Source of the DNA: a virus
Length of the DNA stretch: 48,306 nt
IMG/VR virus record: IMGVR_UViG_3300001528_000120
Span: 1-48,306 of that record
Reading direction: 5' to 3' (one strand)
Shown here piece after piece: positions 23,069 to 32,001 of this stretch. Both the position numbers and the translations under genes were made by a program. Under the pieces are notes generated by a model, which was not told the DNA's origin, did no database searches, and saw nothing but the letters and a program-made list of their open reading frames with translations. Numbering within the stretch: position 1 is the first letter of the stretch; each line of letters begins with the position of its first letter.

Positions 23069-23136
23069 TTTTAGAGCATTTTGGTATACTACGTGTATAT
23101 TACCGTGCCCAACACTACCGAATATGGGACAACAAA

Positions 23137-23182
23137 AAGACCGCCAACCCTTGATAATACTTGGGTTCACGGTCTTTCTTTT
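23137..23182. terminator. Bidirectional terminator between the convergent integrase and tail-collar genes
   Basis: AAGACCG...CGGTCTT outer stem with inner AACCC/GGGTT. T-run tttctttt on plus and A-run upstream (U-run on minus). Confidence 0.6.
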
Positions 23183-23262
23183 CATTGCCAAACTATCCAT
23201 TATATGTTCCCAAATGCTTGATTGGCAAGGGTTCTCAGGGCAGTTTGTAGCTTACGTGCGAC

Positions 23263-24048
23263 TTACTTGGTACGCTTCCATGTGCGGACAACGAAGTACG
23301 GCGGCATGTTGTTATGCGCATTACCAATACCCGCTCCGTTCTGGGCAAGTGTACCGCCATAGTTTTTAGTGCTAGTTGTAACGTAGTCTGGTTTGACCAA
23401 ATACGTGCCACTCGTAGGAGACCAACTAGAAGATGATCCGTCATTGTTGACATACATAGAGTGCGTATGACTTGGCATTTCCTGTACAGTCAGTTTATGA
23501 GTGGCTTCGCCGCCCGTGTCACCAATCGTATAGTCGTTGCTGTCAGAGAGCAGGAATTTACCGCTAATCTGCTCCCACGTACCACCCCATTTGACTTCTG
23601 GGTCAAACTTTGAGTCGGTTGTTTGGTAGATCGTACCGACTGGGTAGAAGAGGTCGAGAACCTGCTCTTTGGATAACTTAGTATCGTTCAGCACTTTGCC
23701 CTTCGCCGCCGACAGTGCATGGTTCAAATAGGTGCTATCAAGCGAGTCATCAACGGTCACTCGGATACTAGACAACGGTACAGACGCATATTCGTCATAC
23801 GTGCCATCAGAGTAAGCGGTCGCGCTGCGCAGTTTCAATTCCATGTTGTACACGTCAAGCGACATTCGCGTTGGAGTAGTTACGCCACCGCTCGTCACGG
23901 TCAGCATAGTGCCAGATTTGGAGCTGTCCCATGTTTTGTCCAGCTTGTTTGCAATGCTGGTACGAGCTTTCGCATCAACTACCTCATAGCGGTACTCATC
24001 GCTGATACCGTCAATATAGCTCATCTCTCTACTTGGCTTATCTGCCAT
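23263..24048 (-). CDS. Tail fibre protein with phage tail-collar domain
   Basis: GAGGAGG ribosome-binding site. GGEATHKLTVQEMPSHTHS...GNAHNNMPPYFVVRTWKRT is the tail-collar signature. Confidence 0.7.
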   Translation of the reverse strand: MADKPSREMSYIDGISDEYRYEVVDAKARTSIANKLDKTWDSSKSGTMLTVTSGGVTTPTRMSLDVYNMELKLRSATAYSDGTYDEYASVPLSSIRVTVDDSLDSTYLNHALSAAKGKVLNDTKLSKEQVLDLFYPVGTIYQTTDSKFDPEVKWGGTWEQISGKFLLSDSNDYTIGDTGGEATHKLTVQEMPSHTHSMYVNNDGSSSSWSPTSGTYLVKPDYVTTSTKNYGGTLAQNGAGIGNAHNNMPPYFVVRTWKRTK

Positions 24049-24062
24049 GCTACGTCACCTCC

Positions 24063-24833
24063 TCAGACCGCTCTCACGTATTTAATGGATACCCAGCCGT
24101 TGCCTTCGTCAGCATACGATTTGAGAAGTCCCCACATGTTACCATGCTCGTCTGCCACCTGTTCCACGATGGTAAACGCTTCGTCTTTACCAATTACACC
24201 AACGACCGGATACTTTGTACCCACGCCGCCACGAATGTTCAGCGAGTCGCAGTTATGGGTTTTCGCCAGCCAGCCAGTAGAGCCAGTTGCAACGTTGCTG
24301 GACGTATTGGTCAAACGGCTCTTGAAGTTACTCCACTTAGAGCTGTCAGAGCCAATCCAACCAGACCAAGCTGGACACTCTTTACCAGTTACGTCAAAGT
24401 GACGATATACGTTGGAAGCAGCGATACCGTATCTTGCCATAAGCAGTTTGGTCAGCTCCACTGCATTCTTAACGGTTTCCTCAGCAATTGCGCCACCGTT
24501 GGAACACATCTCAATGCTGATAGAGTTGGCATTGGTAATCTTACCATACATCTTACCGCCACCAGTACGACCACAGTTGGAATACTTACTGCCGCCAACA
24601 GAGTACGCGATTTTGTTATCGTCAATGCTCTGGTAAACGCTGGTCTTATCCACAAAGTAGTGTGCACCAGCCTTGCGGGTGTTGCTGCCGTGTGCGCTGA
24701 AATAGTTCGCGTTGGCTTTTGCGGTATCAGTCGTGTTGCCAGTGTAGTGCAAGACAATGTACTTGATGCTGCCAGTAGAACGAGTGCCGCCGTAACTGAT
24801 CTTTTTTGCTTTCAAAGTCGTGTTGATGTCCAT
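24063..24833 (-). CDS. Endolysin: N-acetylmuramoyl-L-alanine amidase (Amidase_2/PGRP) plus C-terminal SH3-like wall-binding domain
   Basis: IKYIVLHYTGN...AGAHYFVD...ISIEMC...CPAW. C-terminal LNIRGGVGTKYPVVGVI...GWVSIKYV. Confidence 0.8.
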   Translation of the reverse strand: MDINTTLKAKKISYGGTRSTGSIKYIVLHYTGNTTDTAKANANYFSAHGSNTRKAGAHYFVDKTSVYQSIDDNKIAYSVGGSKYSNCGRTGGGKMYGKITNANSISIEMCSNGGAIAEETVKNAVELTKLLMARYGIAASNVYRHFDVTGKECPAWSGWIGSDSSKWSNFKSRLTNTSSNVATGSTGWLAKTHNCDSLNIRGGVGTKYPVVGVIGKDEAFTIVEQVADEHGNMWGLLKSYADEGNGWVSIKYVRAV

Positions 24834-24845
24834 AATTATCCTCCC

Positions 24846-25007
24846 TTATGAGCCAGCTTTTTTACCACCGATGTAACCGATCAAACCAGCTCCGATAATC
24901 TGCGTGATGTCATAATTGTTGGTCAGGACAGATGCCACCAAACCAACGCACAGTCCGGTTACAGCAATGAGTTCCGGCAGCGAGAATTTTTCCAAAAGAT
25001 TATTCAT
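24846..25007 (-). CDS. Holin-like two-TM protein
   Basis: GGAGG 6 nt before the ATG at 25007. MNNLLEKFSLPELIAVTGLCVGLVASVL...IIGAGLIGYIGGKKAGS. Immediately upstream of the endolysin. Confidence 0.6.
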   Translation of the reverse strand: MNNLLEKFSLPELIAVTGLCVGLVASVLTNNYDITQIIGAGLIGYIGGKKAGS

Positions 25008-25272
25008 CGTCATCCTCCAATTTATCCAGTCGTTTGTCAATGTTTGCGCAGTGCTCCTCTAGTCGGGCAACGTGCTCCTTGAGGAGCTGCGTTGCCTGAG
25101 AGTTTCGGATAACGTCTTTCTGGATACCACAGATCAGATCAAGTTTGGCATCCACTTTACCTCTCCATTCGCCCTCGTCATGAGACGAGCTTGATTTGGA
25201 AGATAACCACTGACTGATACCCAGAAAAGCACCAAGAATTGTGCAAAGAAGTACAATATCAACGGTCTGCAT
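25000..25272 (-). CDS. Lysis-cassette membrane protein (N-terminal TM plus coiled coil; XhlA-like role possible)
   Basis: 90 aa with TM segment VDIVLLCTILGAFLGISQWL followed by a heptad-rich acidic tail. Confidence 0.4.
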   Translation of the reverse strand: MQTVDIVLLCTILGAFLGISQWLSSKSSSSHDEGEWRGKVDAKLDLICGIQKDVIRNSQATQLLKEHVARLEEHCANIDKRLDKLEDDDE

Positions 25273-25282
25273 ACTTATTCAC

Positions 25283-26080
25283 CTACCATTCGTAGACGGC
25301 TCGAAGTACCACATCGTCTCTGGATGGCTGGGTGTTATCTGCGTGACCAACAATCTTGGTGTCGTAGACTGTTGCGCGTTTAATAACGCGGCTTTCGCTG
25401 CTCTGAGCACTACCAGAGTAACGTGGTACGTCAAAGAAGAAACCCTTTCCTGCCCAATTGTCACCAGATTGGTTGGCTTTTGGAATCAATGACGTTGCGT
25501 AGTCAGCATCCGTTGCACTGGACGTATCGGGGTTGTAATCCGACCACAGCAGTAACCAGCCGTTTTTGCAACGTGACAACGCTTTGGTCGGGGTCACTGT
25601 CTGATTGGCTTTCAAGTAAACCGCACCCGTCCAAAGTGGCTGCGGTTCACCGTCCTGCAAGCACCGCCAACCTTTCCAACCGTTCGCGTCAGAATAGTTG
25701 GTATAGACCGATTGCAACGAGCCAAACGCGAGCACCCACACGAGGGACGCGCCCGTTTTATGGACAAGCATTCGCCACGCTTCGGTCGTTTTTGGGTTGT
25801 TACTTACACCACTCTGCGAGTACACGGTGTGAATACCGTTCGGCATCGCGGTAATACTCGCCAAACAATCTGCTCCACTTGCTTTGGTGAAGCTGTACTC
25901 GCAAGTACCATCATCGGCTACGCCCTGTAAGGCTTTCAGCGCGTACTGCGAGTGAGTATGGCTCATCGGGGCTTTACCAGATAAATCAGTGGTAATGGTA
26001 AGTAAATCGTTTTCCAAGCATCGGGTCAGATCATCGTCACGATAACACTCTTTGGTGGAAAACAGTGGATTAAAATTCAT
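25283..26080 (-). CDS. Tail fibre / receptor-binding protein
   Basis: ATG at 26080 (MNFNPLFSTKE...) follows the upstream stop at 26097. Contains GKAPMSHTHSQY. The longer ORF to 26221 overlaps the previous gene. Confidence 0.55.
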   Translation of the reverse strand: MNFNPLFSTKECYRDDDLTRCLENDLLTITTDLSGKAPMSHTHSQYALKALQGVADDGTCEYSFTKASGADCLASITAMPNGIHTVYSQSGVSNNPKTTEAWRMLVHKTGASLVWVLAFGSLQSVYTNYSDANGWKGWRCLQDGEPQPLWTGAVYLKANQTVTPTKALSRCKNGWLLLWSDYNPDTSSATDADYATSLIPKANQSGDNWAGKGFFFDVPRYSGSAQSSESRVIKRATVYDTKIVGHADNTQPSRDDVVLRAVYEW

Positions 26081-26096
26081 GCGCACCCTTTCTCCG

Positions 26097-26579
26097 TCAA
26101 GACGTATATCCAATTGCGATATACATGTAAGTGTGCCTAATCTGGTTGGTAAGCAGATTTGGGGTGTCGGCTTGGTCAAGCTGCTTGTACTGCACAATGA
26201 AACCGTTGTTGTTACCATCAATCTGAATGGCTTTTTCCTTGGCTTCCGAGCCGCTTCCTCCCGTGGTGCTCATTGTGTCCACGTAGATGCCACACGGTTT
26301 AGCTGCTACAGCCAGACCACCGTAGATACCAAAATCATTGGTGGTCATACCGTCAGAGTGCAGCACAAGCACGGCAGCGGGGCTGAACCCAACGTCAATG
26401 ACTCTACCAGTCGTACCATCACCAGTGTAGTATCCGATCTTAATTGGTCGCGCCTTATCAGCGTGGTTTTTCAACAGCTGGTCAATCATGTCCCAGTTGT
26501 CGTTGAGTTTGGTAATGTCCGGCGGCGCGTCCGAAAGCGCGAGTTTTACCAAATTGTAATTTGTCGTTTTGGTTGACAT
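26097..26579 (-). CDS. Tail fibre N-terminal / baseplate-attachment protein
   Basis: MSTKTTNYNLVKLALSDAPPDITKLNDNWDMID is a fibre-type N-terminus. Lies directly after the XkdU-like gene. Confidence 0.5.
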   Translation of the reverse strand: MSTKTTNYNLVKLALSDAPPDITKLNDNWDMIDQLLKNHADKARPIKIGYYTGDGTTGRVIDVGFSPAAVLVLHSDGMTTNDFGIYGGLAVAAKPCGIYVDTMSTTGGSGSEAKEKAIQIDGNNNGFIVQYKQLDQADTPNLLTNQIRHTYMYIAIGYTS

Positions 26580-26591
26580 GACCTTTCCCCC

Positions 26592-27476
26592 TTACTTATA
26601 AATCTTATCTTTGAGAGCCGTCCAAGTGCCGTAGCCGCTGCGAATAGTCTGCCAGCTGGTCTCGTTATCCTTAACGTCACCCCACGTGGAGTAGTACCGC
26701 TCGATGTTCAACTGCATGTGAGCTGGAATCTTATTTTTCAACTCCCAAGTCAAAGCTGCCAAATTGTAAAGTTGTCCGTCATCTGGTGGCAATACCTTCA
26801 CGGTTACAACGCCGTCTACGATAGTGACTTCGGCATCGCCACCTGTGAAGGTTTGCACAATCGACTTGATGACGGAAACGCTGAACTTGTTCTGACCACG
26901 GATTTTGGCAATGATGACGTTACGCCGCTCGTCAAGAGTGGAATCTTCTGGCACGGTCAGTTCCAGTGCCTTTTCCCACTCTGCCAGTCGGGTTTCATCC
27001 ATCCAAAACAAGAAAGCGTTGTTGTTCAGCTTTGCGCCACGTGCTCTGGCATGGTCAAGCTCGTGTCCTAGCACATCGTTGATTGCATATAGGGCATCGA
27101 CAGCCGTTACCATCGGAGGATACCAACCAATCATTTTCGTGCCCGCCAGCGTGCCTGTGTCCACAATCGTGGTGAGGTCGCTGTCCAGTCGGTCAGTATC
27201 GACAACATCTTCCAACGCAAGCATACGACCGTCCGCGTTACCCTCGACTGTAGCAGGGGTGTAAACGGTCAGCTGACCATTGCTGTACGTGCTGTTGTAG
27301 TCAGCGTTCAGTGTCACTGTAGCGGTTGCTGCGTAATATTCCTTGACGGAGAAGTAACCCAGCGGGGAGCTTGCTGAACGGTCTCTAGGGTCTTTGGTGA
27401 CATAGAGACCAAGACAGGTCGGCTCAAGAGTGAAGCTCATGTTTTCGACAACACGCTTTACCATATCATGGGTCAA
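26592..27476 (-). CDS. XkdU-like (DUF2313) baseplate/tail protein
   Basis: NNNAFLFWMDETRLAEWEKALELTVPEDSTLDERRNVIIAKIRGQ. TTG at 27476, or ATG at 27464. Confidence 0.65.
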   Translation of the reverse strand: MTHDMVKRVVENMSFTLEPTCLGLYVTKDPRDRSASSPLGYFSVKEYYAATATVTLNADYNSTYSNGQLTVYTPATVEGNADGRMLALEDVVDTDRLDSDLTTIVDTGTLAGTKMIGWYPPMVTAVDALYAINDVLGHELDHARARGAKLNNNAFLFWMDETRLAEWEKALELTVPEDSTLDERRNVIIAKIRGQNKFSVSVIKSIVQTFTGGDAEVTIVDGVVTVKVLPPDDGQLYNLAALTWELKNKIPAHMQLNIERYYSTWGDVKDNETSWQTIRSGYGTWTALKDKIYK

Positions 27477-28559
27477 TTACGTCACCGCCTTTAATGTTAC
27501 AGTACCCAGCACAGGTACTACTTCGTCACCAAGGGTAAGATTGCCACTCGACCCGTTCAGAGTCAGTGATTCGACCGATTTGATGCCGTCCACCGTCATG
27601 AGCAGCGCACCCAGTTTCATAAAGTTCACGCTGCTGTCCACGTAAGCGATCTCGGCAAAGAAATCAGTCAATACTTTGGAAGTATCAATCGTTGCCACAT
27701 CGGTGTAGCCGTCAGCCAGTTTAACATTAGCTACCACGTTGATCTTTTGCTCCGTGGCAGTAGTACAAGTTACCTTTGCACCAATCGGAGCTTGCCCCTC
27801 TCCCAAACCTTTGGAATCAGGGTCAAGGTACTCCTGAAACTCTGCCAGCAGTGAGGATGATACTGCTCTGCCCGCCGCTGAAATGACAGATACCTTCACT
27901 GTACCAACGCCGTTCCAGCACGGAAAGACTTTAGAGCGACCAACGCCCTCGAACTCATCTGCCCAGAACTTATACTGTGCGACATTACCGTCCGTGTGGG
28001 AATTGTTGACTGCGTAAAAATAGCGAATACGCATGGCATCCGTATCTTCCTCGTCCTCGCCCGCCTTGATTACATCGGTGAGCTGCGCCCACTCCAAATC
28101 CTGCACGTAGTCAATCGGTGTCAGATTACCAAACGTATTGTTTGGGGCTGTACCTGCTGTGTCACACAGGAGCTTGTAGTGGTAGTATTCGTCACTACCG
28201 CTCGGCTCTTTGATAAGCTCAATGACGCTGTAGTTATACAGGTCGTTGTTAAAGCGCGTGCCAATCTCAATTGGGATATTGAACTCGCCCTCAAACTCGC
28301 CATATGTCGCATCCTGCGCTACCAATCCAATCTCGTGCAATTTCTCTACCAAACCTTCTCTGGTAGCTGTCTCGGCAAAGGTTTCTTTTGCGAACGTGTC
28401 CTGCTCAGAGTACAGGTTGGCAATCTCCGTAGCGCAAGCCACGAGGGCGTTGTAAGCCAACGAACTTTGGCGGGTATCCACTTCTGGGTATCTACTCGCC
28501 ATGTCATCCAGCAGTCTGTTCAAAACGCTATCATAATCGGTATTGTCGAAAGAAATCAT
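27477..28559 (-). CDS. Baseplate J-like protein (XkdT)
   Basis: 360 aa. Position and N-terminal pattern (FDNTDYDSVLNRLLDDM...EVDTRQSSLAYNALVA) fit baseplate J. Confidence 0.7.
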   Translation of the reverse strand: MISFDNTDYDSVLNRLLDDMASRYPEVDTRQSSLAYNALVACATEIANLYSEQDTFAKETFAETATREGLVEKLHEIGLVAQDATYGEFEGEFNIPIEIGTRFNNDLYNYSVIELIKEPSGSDEYYHYKLLCDTAGTAPNNTFGNLTPIDYVQDLEWAQLTDVIKAGEDEEDTDAMRIRYFYAVNNSHTDGNVAQYKFWADEFEGVGRSKVFPCWNGVGTVKVSVISAAGRAVSSSLLAEFQEYLDPDSKGLGEGQAPIGAKVTCTTATEQKINVVANVKLADGYTDVATIDTSKVLTDFFAEIAYVDSSVNFMKLGALLMTVDGIKSVESLTLNGSSGNLTLGDEVVPVLGTVTLKAVT

Positions 28560-28966
28560 ACTGTCACCTCCGTTTCAATCGTGGTATCACCAAAATCGGA
28601 ACTGACAGTGAATGATACTGCCAACGACCTACCGTTTTGGTCAAAGTTAAAATCAGTCACCGCGTAGATTCTATCATCTCGCAGTAGGGCATCTGTAACT
28701 CGCAGTTGTAATTCTGCCATCACAAAGTCCATCGGCTGACCGATCAAATCTACCAAACCAACACCGTACTCCTGATCGTAGATGATGTGTTGGTTTGGTT
28801 CAGTGTTCAAAATGAAATATATGCTCTGTTTCAGCTCGTCCAAGCCGGATGCCTTTGCGCCACATTTGGTCATGTCCGCTGATAGCTTCCAGCCACCGGA
28901 CGGAGCGATAAGCGATTCGATGTTGTCCATCACATCGTCATCGTACAATGTATTTGCTGGAATCAA
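28556..28966 (-). CDS. XkdS-like (DUF2634) baseplate protein
   Basis: TTG start after AAGGTG. GLDELKQSIYFILNTEPNQHIIYDQEYGVGLVDLIG. Confidence 0.65.
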   Translation of the reverse strand: MIPANTLYDDDVMDNIESLIAPSGGWKLSADMTKCGAKASGLDELKQSIYFILNTEPNQHIIYDQEYGVGLVDLIGQPMDFVMAELQLRVTDALLRDDRIYAVTDFNFDQNGRSLAVSFTVSSDFGDTTIETEVTV

Positions 28967-28970
28967 AGTA

Positions 28971-29588
28971 TCACACCTTTAGAAAAACTTCTGCGTAGAT
29001 TACACCCTTGCGCATGGCTTCCGCGTGCGTCTTTACTGCTACGTCAATTCGGTTGCCCTTAATAGCACCACCAGTATCTTCTGCGTGGTACACCTGACCG
29101 TTGATCTTGACGTAAGACCGCAGCTTGATTCGCTTCGGGTCTACGGCACATACGCCAGCTCGTACCTCTGTACCAAGCGCGGTCTTGTAAGGCGCACCGG
29201 CATTGCAAATGTGCGGGTATTTCTCAGCGCAATAGTGCGTAATCTTAAACCGACCAAGCGATTTCCAGTTGCCTGTGTCGGCAATGCTCGTGCCACCGCT
29301 TTCATCCGTACCACCAATATATTTGGTGGAAGAACTGGTCTGATCTTCGTACTTCACACGGGTCGATAGAATCAGATATTTCTGACCGCCTTGATAGCGA
29401 ACCAGCACCACCTTCTCGCCAACGTCAACCTTGGAGTCTATTACCAAAAACGGTTTGGTGAGAATCAGAGTGTCACTGACTTTGACCTCAATCGGGTCAG
29501 CATTGGTGACAGTGCCATATAAGATTTTACACGGATTACTAGCGTCAATGGCTTCTACCGCTGCACGCTTAATAAGGTCTATGTTCAC
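28971..29588 (-). CDS. Spike paralogue 3: DUF2577-like N-terminal domain fused to a 3D (RlpA/MltA-like) domain
   Basis: GTG start. N-terminus IDLIKRAAVEAIDASNP...QGGQKYLIL. C-terminus FKITHYC...CAVDPKRIKL...AEDTGGAIKGNRIDV. Confidence 0.75.
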   Translation of the reverse strand: MNIDLIKRAAVEAIDASNPCKILYGTVTNADPIEVKVSDTLILTKPFLVIDSKVDVGEKVVLVRYQGGQKYLILSTRVKYEDQTSSSTKYIGGTDESGGTSIADTGNWKSLGRFKITHYCAEKYPHICNAGAPYKTALGTEVRAGVCAVDPKRIKLRSYVKINGQVYHAEDTGGAIKGNRIDVAVKTHAEAMRKGVIYAEVFLKV

Positions 29589-30313
29589 GTTGCACCTCTG
29601 CTCTTTAAGAATGATTCGGGGTCAATGGTGGCGGGATAGTGATATGCACCTTTGTGCACTTCCAAATGCAGGTGCTTGCCATAGGCTCGACCAGTCTCAC
29701 CTTCAATTCCAACCACAGTATTTTTGGTGACGGTCTGCCCCGCCTTGACGTACACCGTGCTCATGTGAGCGTACAAACTGACATAGCCATCTGGGTGCTG
29801 AATCAAAACGTGGTTGCCGTAAGCTGAACCCTTGCTGTTCCTGCCAATAACCTTGCCATCCGCAATCGGATGAATCTGCTTGCTACCCGTACCAACAATG
29901 TCGATACCGCAGTGGTAGCCGCACGCCCACGAACCCTTCTTACCAAACTTGGTGCTGATACGATAACCGTTTCTATATGGGTACTGATAAGTAGTGGACG
30001 AGCTGGTGGAAATGGTTGTATCAGTTTCGCCACCAACAATGTTGATATACTTGGTCTGGTCAACTACTGCTGTGGTACTACCAAACACAACGTACTTCTG
30101 ACCGCCCTGCTCTCGGAGCAGTGGCACTTTGTCCCCTATATTTATTGTACCGTTTACGACCAAAAATGGCTGGGTCAAAATCAAATTATTACTGATTTTC
30201 ACTGCCGGAGGGTTGGCAGAGGTCACTTCACCAAACGATAACAGGAGTGGATATGTGGCATCGTAGGCTTCGACCGCCGCTTTCTTGATGGTCTCAATTA
30301 TTCCGGTTGCCAA
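29585..30313 (-). CDS. Spike paralogue 2: DUF2577-like N-terminal domain fused to an M23 metallopeptidase
   Basis: TTG start after GAGGTG. N-terminus IETIKKAAVEAYDATYP...QGGQKYVVF. C-terminus YHCGIDI...LIQHPDGYVSLYAHM...GKHLHLEVH. Confidence 0.8.
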   Translation of the reverse strand: MATGIIETIKKAAVEAYDATYPLLLSFGEVTSANPPAVKISNNLILTQPFLVVNGTINIGDKVPLLREQGGQKYVVFGSTTAVVDQTKYINIVGGETDTTISTSSSTTYQYPYRNGYRISTKFGKKGSWACGYHCGIDIVGTGSKQIHPIADGKVIGRNSKGSAYGNHVLIQHPDGYVSLYAHMSTVYVKAGQTVTKNTVVGIEGETGRAYGKHLHLEVHKGAYHYPATIDPESFLKSRGAT

Positions 30314-30322
30314 ACTATCACC

Positions 30323-31015
30323 TCAATCGTTTAAGTATCTGCCTGCTCCTGCGTAGTGGCTGGCGTAGTAAGAATTGCTCAACGCCACCCGAACTACACC
30401 CGTACTTGGGTTGGCTGCGTGAATCATGTAGCCACCACCAATATACATGCCAACGTGGGTGATGCCGCTGCGACCAGTTGTTCCGGCAAAGAACACCAAG
30501 TCACCAACCTTGAGTTCGGACTTACTGATTTTCTTTGCGCCAGCGTACTGGGCGGCTGCTGTGCGTGGGATGGTCATGCCGATCTGTTTATAGCACCAAA
30601 GCATCAAGCCGGAGCAGTCAAATTTCATAGAACCAGTTGCACCCCAAACGTAAGGGCAACCAATCTTGGATTTGACCAGAGATAGTAAAGCGTTACGCTT
30701 TGTGCTCAGACTTCCAGCGTCCTCCACGTACTCGTTACCACCTATGTTCGTTGTAACCGTTCCAGTAATGCGTTGTGTGCGGTTTCCCAGTACCAAATAC
30801 TGTTGTCCACCCTGTTTGCGGATTACTGATACCGTGTCACCCGCTGCGACTGTACCCGTCAGGATGACAAACTCTTTGGTCAGCGTTATCGTGTCACTGA
30901 TCTTGATAGCCAGCGGGTTAACGCTCTCGACTTTACCAAAACGTAGCTGGACGGGCTGTTCAGCTTCCCACGCTTCCACTGATGCCTGTTTGATTACATC
31001 TAGTAATTCGCTCAT
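30323..31015 (-). CDS. Spike paralogue 1: DUF2577-like N-terminal domain fused to an NlpC/P60 endopeptidase
   Basis: N-terminus LDVIKQASVEAWEAEQP...QGGQQYLVL. C-terminus CPYVWGATG..FDCSGLMLW...GDLVFF...THVGMYIGGGYMIHA. Confidence 0.8.
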   Translation of the reverse strand: MSELLDVIKQASVEAWEAEQPVQLRFGKVESVNPLAIKISDTITLTKEFVILTGTVAAGDTVSVIRKQGGQQYLVLGNRTQRITGTVTTNIGGNEYVEDAGSLSTKRNALLSLVKSKIGCPYVWGATGSMKFDCSGLMLWCYKQIGMTIPRTAAAQYAGAKKISKSELKVGDLVFFAGTTGRSGITHVGMYIGGGYMIHAANPSTGVVRVALSNSYYASHYAGAGRYLND

Positions 31016-31989
31016 GATGTTACGTTACTTCCAATCAGGGTCAAGTCCATCGTGTACTGGTCGAGGTTAAACTTGTGTACCGCCTTGTCAATAACCATGT
31101 AGTTGTTAAACTTGCGTGCACCAGTATCAATCTCAGTTGGGATTGACGCACCAGCACGACACCGATAATCACCAAACGCATCCTTGAGTTCCATCTTCTC
31201 GGTCTTACGGTTGTACAGGCTAAGTAGCTGCTCTGCCTTTTTGTTGGCGTTGGCGTTGGATTGCAAGGACTCCGTGTACTGCAAGATGCCCCACTGCTTC
31301 TGCGTGGAAGTGGATTCCTTCACGTAGGTTTCTCGCTTGTTGGTTTCATCGTTGTCGTAGTACAGGATAATGCGGTTGTATGTCTCCTCGTCAATAGATG
31401 AGGTGTACGAGTAGTCCTCGGCAGCGTCATCTGCAAACAGCAGATTCACCTTCATGGAGGAGATGTTCTTGAGGGTTAGGCTACCATAATCATCGTAGAG
31501 AACGTACAGTGATCCGGTCTGCATAACCGTCAAGTCCAAAGCATTCTGCACAATGTCAAACAAGGTTTGGTCATCTTCCAAGCGAGAGCCAATTACGTAG
31601 TTGGTCTTTTCCAACGTTCCTGTTTTCAGCGCAAAGTCTTTGGCGATCATCGTTACGAGCTGGTCAGCACGCTTGTTGGTGTACTGATACGTGTGCTTGT
31701 TCTTGAAATATCGCAATTGGTCATATGCGGTGCACTTCACCTCGCCGCTCTTGTCAAACTCTCGCTTAAACAAAAAACCGTAAAAAATCTTGTGCATGTT
31801 ACCAGTTTCGCCGTACTTGAAAGCAACGGCATCGCCTTCTGCGATTTGGTTGGAAGCATCGTCCTGCTGAATCGTGAAGGTGAGCTTAGAGGGAGAGCCT
31901 TTGCGGTTTGTCTCCCATTCGATGTTCTCGTGAACAGTCGGGTAAATCAGGTCGTTACCGTGCCTGATTGCCAAAGATACAACAGCCAT
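31012..31989 (-). CDS. XkdQ-like baseplate hub / late-control-D-like protein
   Basis: 325 aa with AAGGAGG ribosome-binding site. IEWETNRKGSPSKLTFTI pattern and position after the LysM protein. Confidence 0.65.
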   Translation of the reverse strand: MAVVSLAIRHGNDLIYPTVHENIEWETNRKGSPSKLTFTIQQDDASNQIAEGDAVAFKYGETGNMHKIFYGFLFKREFDKSGEVKCTAYDQLRYFKNKHTYQYTNKRADQLVTMIAKDFALKTGTLEKTNYVIGSRLEDDQTLFDIVQNALDLTVMQTGSLYVLYDDYGSLTLKNISSMKVNLLFADDAAEDYSYTSSIDEETYNRIILYYDNDETNKRETYVKESTSTQKQWGILQYTESLQSNANANKKAEQLLSLYNRKTEKMELKDAFGDYRCRAGASIPTEIDTGARKFNNYMVIDKAVHKFNLDQYTMDLTLIGSNVTS

Positions 31990-32001
31990 GCTCTCCCTCC
32001 T

